A stretch of DNA of 64,000 nucleotides from an uncultured Collinsella sp. (lineage in GTDB: Bacteria > Actinomycetota > Coriobacteriia > Coriobacteriales > Coriobacteriaceae), in contig CABRHS010000007.1 in assembly GCA_902470815.1 (NCBI GenBank), positions 29,527 to 93,526 on the forward strand, given 5' to 3'. The translations under genes were made by a program, and so were the position numbers. Within the stretch, counting starts at the first letter, position 1, and every line of letters starts with the position of its first letter. Below, piece by piece: positions 57,643 through 64,000 of the stretch. The notes under the pieces are model-generated. The model had not been told where the DNA came from and did not search any database. It was given only the letters and a program-made list of their open reading frames with translations.

Positions 57643-58956
57643 TTAGGCGGCGAGGAAGTACGCGAGGAACGCGATGGCGGCGACCCACATAAGCGGGCGA
57701 ACCTTCTTGACATTGCCCGTCACGACAGCGACAACGACGTAAGCGATGAAGCCGAGGCCGATGCCGTTGGAAATGGAGTAGGTGAAAGGGATGCCGATGA
57801 TGATCATGAAGGTCGGGAAGCCCTCGAGGATGTCGGACCAGTCGATCTCGGTGACCTCGCTCATCATGAGGAAGCCCACGTAAACGAGGGCACCGCAGGT
57901 CGCCGCAGAGTTGATGCAGCTGATCACAGGAGAGAAGAACGCCGCGAGCAGGAAGAGAATACCCGCGGTGACGGAGGTGAGGCCGGTGCGCCCACCATCG
58001 GCCGCACCGGAGGCGGACTCGACGAACGTGGTGATGGAAGAGGCGCCGAACACGCCGCCCGCAGCTGCGGCGACGGAGTCGACGATGAGAATGGGCTTGA
58101 TGTCCTCAACGCTACCATCTTCATTGAGGAACTCACCCTGCTTGGCGACGGCCATGGCGGTGCCCATGGTGTCGAAGAAGTCGCTCATCATGAGAGAGAA
58201 GGCGAAGAGAAGCAGCGCGGGAGTGGTAAGGGCCTTCACGACGCCCATGACCCCGTCGGCGTCGGCCATGAAGGGCGCACCGAAGGTGGTGAAGTCGAGC
58301 GGAGCAACAAGGCTGGAAGGCACGGCGGTGACGCCAAGCGGGATTCCAAGCACAGAGGCGATGACGATGCCCCAAAGCAGGGCGCCCTTGACGTTCATGG
58401 AAGACAGGACGACCGTGGCGACGATTGAGATGAGGCCGACGAGGAAAACAGGGTCGGTGACATTGCCGAGGGCGACCATGGTGGATTCGTTGGCGACGAT
58501 GATGCCGCCATCCTTGAGGCCGATCATGGCGATGAACAGGCCGAGGCCGATCGAGATGCCGTGACGCAGGGAGACCGGGATGGCGTCCATGATGGCCTCG
58601 CGAAGGCCGCACAGCACGAGGAGCAGAATAGCGATGCCCTCGATGAAGATGATGGCCATGGCGGTCTGCCAGCCGAGACCCATCGATCCGCACAGGGTGA
58701 AGGCGACGATGGAGTTGATGCCCATGCCGGAGGCGCAGGCCAAAGGACGGTTCGCGATGAGGCCCATCGCGATGGTCATGACGGCGGCGCCGATACAGGT
58801 AGCAGTAACGGCGGCGGTGACGGGAACGCCTCCTGCGGAAAGGATGAGCGGGTTCACGACGATGATATAGGACATCGCCAGGAACGTGGTCAGGCCGGCG
58901 CGCAACTCCGTTGCGACATTCGACTTGCGCTCAGCGCACTTGAAGAACTGGTCCAT
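57643..58956 (-). CDS. NCS2/AzgA-family nucleobase permease
   Basis: AGLTTFLAMSYI, DFFDTMGT, FVESASG..GGRTGL. Confidence 0.93.
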   Translation of the reverse strand: MDQFFKCAERKSNVATELRAGLTTFLAMSYIIVVNPLILSAGGVPVTAAVTATCIGAAVMTIAMGLIANRPLACASGMGINSIVAFTLCGSMGLGWQTAMAIIFIEGIAILLLVLCGLREAIMDAIPVSLRHGISIGLGLFIAMIGLKDGGIIVANESTMVALGNVTDPVFLVGLISIVATVVLSSMNVKGALLWGIVIASVLGIPLGVTAVPSSLVAPLDFTTFGAPFMADADGVMGVVKALTTPALLLFAFSLMMSDFFDTMGTAMAVAKQGEFLNEDGSVEDIKPILIVDSVAAAAGGVFGASSITTFVESASGAADGGRTGLTSVTAGILFLLAAFFSPVISCINSAATCGALVYVGFLMMSEVTEIDWSDILEGFPTFMIIIGIPFTYSISNGIGLGFIAYVVVAVVTGNVKKVRPLMWVAAIAFLAYFLAA

Positions 58957-58985
58957 AAATTAATCCCCCTATACCTCTGGACCGA

Positions 58986-59429
58986 CTATCTCGAACCGCT
59001 CGACCCGAAACCGCCGCATCCGCGATCGGTTTGATCGAGCTCTTCGACTTCGTTGAGGTGCACGACAGGCACCCGCTGGATGACGAGCTGGGCGATCCTC
59101 TCGCCGCGCTCGATGTGGATCGTCTCGCGCGCATCAATGTTCACGGCGATCACCTTGAGCTCACCGCGATAGTGGGCGTCGATGAGACCGGGCGTGTTCG
59201 CGATGGTGAGACCGCGCTTGAGTGCCATACCGCTGCGGGGCTGCACAAAGCCCGCATAGCCGTCCGGCAATGCGATGGCCAAGCCCGTCGGAATGAGAAC
59301 GCGCTCAAAGGGATGAATGTCGATGGTTTCGTTGGAGCGGAGGTCGAGTCCGGCATCGCCCTCGTAGGCATACGTGGGAAGCTCGACGCTGCGGTCGAGG
59401 CGTTTGATGTTCACAGTGAGATCTGACAC
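58986..59429 (-). CDS. dut: dUTPase
   Basis: AGLDL, PRSG, GLIDAHYRGE, RG.GGFGSSG. Confidence 0.96.
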   Translation of the reverse strand: MSDLTVNIKRLDRSVELPTYAYEGDAGLDLRSNETIDIHPFERVLIPTGLAIALPDGYAGFVQPRSGMALKRGLTIANTPGLIDAHYRGELKVIAVNIDARETIHIERGERIAQLVIQRVPVVHLNEVEELDQTDRGCGGFGSSGSR

Positions 59430-59433
59430 GGTA

Positions 59434-59877
59434 TCACCTCAATTTATCGAGTTCTGAGAGGAACTCATCGATGTCCTGGAAATCACGGTACACGGAGGCG
59501 AATCGGATGTAGGCGACTTTGTCAAGCTTCTCAAGGCGCTTGAGGACCATGTCGCCGATATCATGCGAGCTCACGGCCGTTCGAGTTCCGCCGCGAAGCT
59601 CAAGCTCGATATCATCAATGAGGGCGTTGAGCTGAGGTAGGTCGATATCGCGCTTGGACGTGGCGCGCATGAGCCCGACCATGAGCTTATTGCGATCGAA
59701 TGGCTGCATGGTGCCATCGCTCTTGAGCACCTCGATGGGGTCCTCGCAGCGCTCGAAAGTGGTGAAGCGATAGCCGCAGGACCGGCACTCTCGACGACGC
59801 TTGATGGCATTCGTGGAATCCTGCATGCGCGAATCGATTACGCGCGTATCGTCATGCCCGCATTTGGGACAGCGCAT
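59434..59877 (-). CDS. nrdR: Transcriptional repressor NrdR
   Basis: MRCPKC, RRREC..C..RFTTFE, AYIRFASVYR. Confidence 0.97.
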   Translation of the reverse strand: MRCPKCGHDDTRVIDSRMQDSTNAIKRRRECRSCGYRFTTFERCEDPIEVLKSDGTMQPFDRNKLMVGLMRATSKRDIDLPQLNALIDDIELELRGGTRTAVSSHDIGDMVLKRLEKLDKVAYIRFASVYRDFQDIDEFLSELDKLR

Positions 59878-59993
59878 GTTGTATTCCCCTTCCGAACCGG
59901 TAACCTGTTCAGGATACCATGTGTTGCATAGGGGAAGTCGCAGAACACAAGATATTACGATGCGCGAGTCAATACTATGTCTTGTCTGGCAGG

Positions 59994-60461
59994 CTATGAG
60001 TTCATAAAGGGGACGGAGAGCTCCATGCCGGGGTGGATGGTGGACGAATCCAGGCCGTTCCAGGAGCGCATGAGCTCAACCACCTCGGAAGCGGGCATGC
60101 CATCGACGGGATGCTGTTCGGCGATGTCCCAAAGAGACTGGCCCGCCTCGACGATGACGTCATGGTGTTGAAGCGAATCTATGAACGCGGACCTGCGAGC
60201 CTGGCGGACGCTGCCAAAGGAGATCACGGCCAGGGCGAGAGAAACCAAGAGGAGGGCGGATGCCGCACCCATCAAGAGCTGCTTGGCTCGAGACGCGGGC
60301 CGGGCCTCAATGCGCGCATAGACATCGGGCGCGGCGCACTGCATGGGGATGGCGTCCTGGTGATGAACGGTGAGGCCGCCCTGGACAATGACCAGAGAGG
60401 GTGATTCTGCGGGCGCAGCGGATAACGCAAGGGTGCCGTATGTGATGTGTTCAGCCTTCAT
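59994..60461 (-). CDS. Membrane-anchored LysM protein, YneA/ChiZ-like SOS division inhibitor
   Basis: TM followed by LysM (VEAGQSLWDIA...IHPGMELSVP); divergent from lexA. Confidence 0.8.
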   Translation of the reverse strand: MKAEHITYGTLALSAAPAESPSLVIVQGGLTVHHQDAIPMQCAAPDVYARIEARPASRAKQLLMGAASALLLVSLALAVISFGSVRQARRSAFIDSLQHHDVIVEAGQSLWDIAEQHPVDGMPASEVVELMRSWNGLDSSTIHPGMELSVPFMNS

Positions 60462-60532
60462 GGGGGTCCTCCCGATCTCAATCTTGACGCCACGTTTATA
60501 CCGATTCGAGCGGACAAAAACGTGTGGCATAA

Positions 60533-60600
60533 GAACGAGTGTTCGTGTATTATTATCTTCGAACAGTTGTTCCTGTCAATATAAATACGAACAAATGTTT
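60533..60600. promoter_or_regulatory. Three LexA boxes in the LysM/lexA intergenic region
   Basis: GAAC-GAGT-GTTC (60533), GAAC-AGTT-GTTC (60561), GAAC-AAAT-GTTT (60589). Confidence 0.88.
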
Positions 60601-60619
60601 GTGTATGGAAGGAGCGGCC

Positions 60620-61258
60620 ATGGCCCGCAAGATCACCAAGCGCCAGCAGCAGATCTACGACTTCATCCGCACATATCAGAAGGAGAAGGGTTACCCTCCA
60701 AGCGTGCGTGAGATGGCCGCAGCCGTGGGCCTCTCCTCCCCTTCGACAGTCCATGCGCACCTGAGCGCACTCGAGGATCTTGGGTTGATCAAGCGTGATG
60801 CGACTAAGCCGCGTGCGCTCGAGGTGTTCAACTCCGATGGATCGGCCATCAATGCCTCCGAAATCAGGGAGACCTCCACGCGTGGAACAATCTCGCTTCC
60901 CCTTGTCGGCCGCGTCGCTGCCGGACTTCCCATCCTCGCGGAGCAGAACGTCGAGGACACCTTCACGCTTCCGACCGAGATCGCGACGGATTCAAGCTCA
61001 TTCGTACTCGAGGTTCACGGCAATTCGATGATCAACGCCGGCATCTTCAACGGAGATTACATCATCGTGCGCGAGCAGAAGAGCGCCATGAATGGCGAGA
61101 TCATCGTCGCCATGATCGATGGTGAGGCGACGGTGAAGACCTTCTACAAGGAACGTGGCAGGGTTCGTTTGCAGCCTGAGAACGACGCCATGGAGCCCAT
61201 CTACGCCGACAACCCGACCATCCTCGGCAAGGTCGTTGCGCTCATGCGCCGCTTTTGA
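60620..61258 (+). CDS. lexA: SOS repressor LexA
   Basis: YPPSVREM, VAAG cleavage site, GNSMI, ATVK. Confidence 0.97.
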   Translation: MARKITKRQQQIYDFIRTYQKEKGYPPSVREMAAAVGLSSPSTVHAHLSALEDLGLIKRDATKPRALEVFNSDGSAINASEIRETSTRGTISLPLVGRVAAGLPILAEQNVEDTFTLPTEIATDSSSFVLEVHGNSMINAGIFNGDYIIVREQKSAMNGEIIVAMIDGEATVKTFYKERGRVRLQPENDAMEPIYADNPTILGKVVALMRRF

Positions 61259-61273
61259 CCTGGAAGAACGACT

Positions 61274-62053
61274 ATGCCCGCAGGTGCCACCCCTCAACCC
61301 AGCGCTCTTGAATCGCGTGAGGCGCCCGTATGCACAAAAGTGCCTGGCCCGAGGCGCCTGCTAGCACTTGATGCTCTAAGAGGCGCGACGGTCATCTCGA
61401 TGGTGGCCTTTCATGTCATGTACGACTTGACCTACCTGTACGGCATCAACGCGCCGTGGTTTACCGATGGCCCTCTGCAGGGAATCTGGCGCATTTCGAT
61501 TAGTTGGGTGTTTCTCGCCCTCGCCGGATGGATGACCTCACATTCGCGAAGCAATCTCAAGCGAGGGCTTCGATATTCCCTCGTGGCCCTGCTCATCTGG
61601 GCTGCCACTGCCGTTTCCGGAGTCGGCGTCTCGATTTCATACGGAATCATGTACTGCATGGCGGCCAGCACGTTGCTTTGGTGCGCCATGGATAAGTTCG
61701 CGCCGCGCCTGGCCTCCGAGCGACCGTCTGCATGCGCGGCTCTGCTGCTGCTCGCATTTGCGGCGCTTTACATGGTGCCAAGGTCTAGCTACCCCTTTGA
61801 GGGCTTCGCATGGCTCGGTTTTCCGGGGCCGGAATTCCGATCGGCCGATTACTACCCCATCATTCCCTTCAGCCTCCTGTTTCTTTCGAGCGCGTATGCA
61901 TCGCGGGGGTTCGCGAGATCGGGACGCAAGGTCCCAGCTTGGATGTACAGAGACGTATTTCCACCACTTACATTTGTGGGAAGACATGCGCTTGCAATCT
62001 ACGTCATGCATCAACCCATTGCATTGGCGGTCATCGAGATCTTCATGAGGTAG
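61274..62053 (+). CDS. DUF1624 / HGSNAT-like membrane acyltransferase
   Basis: LDALRG..MVAFH..YDL, SADYYPIIP, GRHAL.IY.MHQP; start uncertain. Confidence 0.8.
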   Translation: MPAGATPQPSALESREAPVCTKVPGPRRLLALDALRGATVISMVAFHVMYDLTYLYGINAPWFTDGPLQGIWRISISWVFLALAGWMTSHSRSNLKRGLRYSLVALLIWAATAVSGVGVSISYGIMYCMAASTLLWCAMDKFAPRLASERPSACAALLLLAFAALYMVPRSSYPFEGFAWLGFPGPEFRSADYYPIIPFSLLFLSSAYASRGFARSGRKVPAWMYRDVFPPLTFVGRHALAIYVMHQPIALAVIEIFMR

Positions 62054-62103
62054 GAGTCCTGCCGCTGAGAATGAGATGACGCACTGGCGCGCAACGTGGG
62101 GCG

Positions 62104-63393
62104 CTACTCGGTTCGATACGGCTCCAGTGCGGAGGCTATACGGCCTGGAACACGACAGACCATGCTCAGAGCATCATCCAGATAGGACTCAGAAAGAACG
62201 CTCCCCTGTTTGCGAATGGCGGCGACGAGAGCCCCTTCTCGATAGGGTATCTCGCAGGAGATGAGTTCGTCTGATGCGGAAGCCTCGAGCGCAACGCGCT
62301 CCAGGAGGGTTGCAAGGCCGTAACCCGTGCGAGCGGAGAACAAGACGGCATCCGGTATGCGCCGCTCAAGCGCCCCAAGTTCAAGCGGATCGAGAAGGTC
62401 CACCTTGTTGAATACGGTCACAGACGGGCGTTCACCCGCCTTCACCTCCCTCAGCACCCGGTCGACGGCATCGAGCTGGCGCGCATGATCATCGTCGGAG
62501 ATGTCCACTACCTTGAGAATCAAGTCGGCGTCGCGAACCTCTGAAAGCGTCGACTTGAATGCCTCGACAAGGCTGTGGGGCAACTTCTGGATAAACCCGA
62601 CGGTATCGGTGACCGTGATGGCTCTGCCACCGGGAAGCTCGTATGAGCGGGTGGTTGGGTCGAGTGTGGCGAAGAGCTTGTCTTGCGCCAGCACGTCTGA
62701 GCCGGTGAGTCGATTGAGCAGGCTTGATTTTCCCGCATTGGTGTAACCAGCGAGGGCGACGCGAAACGCAGGTGAGGACGCTCTCCACTTTGACTGGACA
62801 TCGCGGCGCTTCTCAAGACCCTTGAGCTCTTTGCGAAGAGCGGCTATGCGGTTTCGGATCATGCGGCGGTCAACCTCGAGCTGGCTCTCACCCTGACCGA
62901 AGCGGCTGCCGATGCCCCCACGCGTCTGCTCCTTGGCGAGGTGGCTCCACATGCCGCGAAGACGGGGAAGCAAGTATTGGAGCTGTGCGAGTTGGACTTG
63001 CAAACGACCCTCGCGCGTTCTGGCATGAAGGCCGAATATATCGAGGATGAGGGCGGTTCGGTCGATGATCTTGGTGGGCTCACCGAGCGCACGCTCAAGA
63101 TAAGACTGCTGAGACGGGGTGAGGTCATCATCGAAAATCACGACATCGGCATCAAGCCTCTGCACGAACCCGCGAAGCTCCTCGACCTTGCCGGACCCGA
63201 TATAGGATTTAGGGATGGGGCGCTCGAGCCTTTGCGTCAAACGAGCCACCACGACGGCGCCCGCGGTGTCCGCCAGGCGCTCGAGCTCATCGAGAGACCT
63301 GTCTATGGGCCAGTTTGATTCTCGCCAGTCGACACCCATGAGGATCGCGCGCTCAGGGACCGGAGCGGTCGATATGGGCTCAAAGCGGCTCAC
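62104..63393 (-). CDS. hflX: GTPase HflX
   Basis: DRTALILDIF, GYTNAGKS, LFATLD, DTVGFI. Confidence 0.96.
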   Translation of the reverse strand: MSRFEPISTAPVPERAILMGVDWRESNWPIDRSLDELERLADTAGAVVVARLTQRLERPIPKSYIGSGKVEELRGFVQRLDADVVIFDDDLTPSQQSYLERALGEPTKIIDRTALILDIFGLHARTREGRLQVQLAQLQYLLPRLRGMWSHLAKEQTRGGIGSRFGQGESQLEVDRRMIRNRIAALRKELKGLEKRRDVQSKWRASSPAFRVALAGYTNAGKSSLLNRLTGSDVLAQDKLFATLDPTTRSYELPGGRAITVTDTVGFIQKLPHSLVEAFKSTLSEVRDADLILKVVDISDDDHARQLDAVDRVLREVKAGERPSVTVFNKVDLLDPLELGALERRIPDAVLFSARTGYGLATLLERVALEASASDELISCEIPYREGALVAAIRKQGSVLSESYLDDALSMVCRVPGRIASALEPYRTE

Positions 63394-64000
63394 GATACGC
63401 CAACGCTCTCGAGTATGTGGCTGACTGCGCCGTCTATGCCGAATCGATCCATGTCAATCCAAATCGCTCTCGAGTCTCGGCGCCACCAGGAAAGCTGACG
63501 CTTGGCGTATCTTCTGGAGCGCCGCTTGATGAGGGCTACGGACTCGTCAAGCGTGCAGCGACCTTGCAGGTGATCGATGATCTCCTTGTAGCCGATCGCC
63601 TGACGCGACGTGAGGGCGTCGGCGGCCCCGTGGTGCACAAGACGCTCGACTTCTTCGAGCAGGCCCTGTTCCATCATGATGTCGACGCGCGCATCGATAC
63701 GCTCGTACAGCCTCTCGCGATCCATGGTCAGCGCAAACGTGACGTGATCATAGGCCATCTTGGGGCTGGAGAACCCAGCGGCATGTTCGGCGTAGGAAAC
63801 ACCTTGATCATGCATCTCGAGCGCACGGATAACGCGCTTGACGTTATGCGGGTGCACTATTGCCGCGCTGGCGGGGTCTCGTTGCGCCAAAATACCATGA
63901 AGCCCCTCATCGCCAAGACGGGCGTGCAGCTCATGGTAAGCGGAGCGACGAACGTCATCGACCTCCCCCTTTGGGAATTCCATCTCGTCGAGGGCGGCGC
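63390..64000 (-). CDS. miaA: tRNA dimethylallyltransferase (partial, 5' end beyond window)
   Basis: RVIRALE, LYERIDARV, AIGYKE, RRYAKRQ. Confidence 0.93.
   Translation of the reverse strand, partial: AALDEMEFPKGEVDDVRRSAYHELHARLGDEGLHGILAQRDPASAAIVHPHNVKRVIRALEMHDQGVSYAEHAAGFSSPKMAYDHVTFALTMDRERLYERIDARVDIMMEQGLLEEVERLVHHGAADALTSRQAIGYKEIIDHLQGRCTLDESVALIKRRSRRYAKRQLSWWRRDSRAIWIDMDRFGIDGAVSHILESVGVS

Overview
A GC-rich bacterial chromosome segment. The gene order and mix of genes suggest a Coriobacteriia gut actinobacterium (inference). Most of the window is core genome: rplS-rnhB-yraN-comM-dprA-trmFO-xer, rpsB-tsf-pyrH-frr-uppS-cdsA-dxr-rseP-ispG-proS, scpAB-rluB-cmk-plsC-ispH-der-plsY-gpsA-rpe-coaBC, pgsA-FHA-MerR-apt, nrdR-LysM-lexA and hflX-miaA, plus five tRNA genes. 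A probable chromosomal dif site at 55145-55172 places the window at the replication terminus. An integrase-less accessory block of about 13.6 kb lies between tandem tRNA-Ala genes and a tRNA-Ile2 gene (about 18.9-32.5 kb). It holds small sensing and detox modules: XRE regulators, an ECF/anti-sigma/ABC operon, a LexA-boxed GyrI-like (cyclopropyl-hydrolase-like) gene, a yjdF riboswitch with its gene, and a kinase lacking its ATPase domain. It also holds deleted duplicate genes and two copies of an unidentified hairpin-rich non-coding element, whose central stem-loop appears inverted between the copies. A second unidentified palindromic repeat family occurs in core intergenic regions (16.6 and 42.1 kb). 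All calls were made by eye from the sequence and ORF track; no database searches were run.
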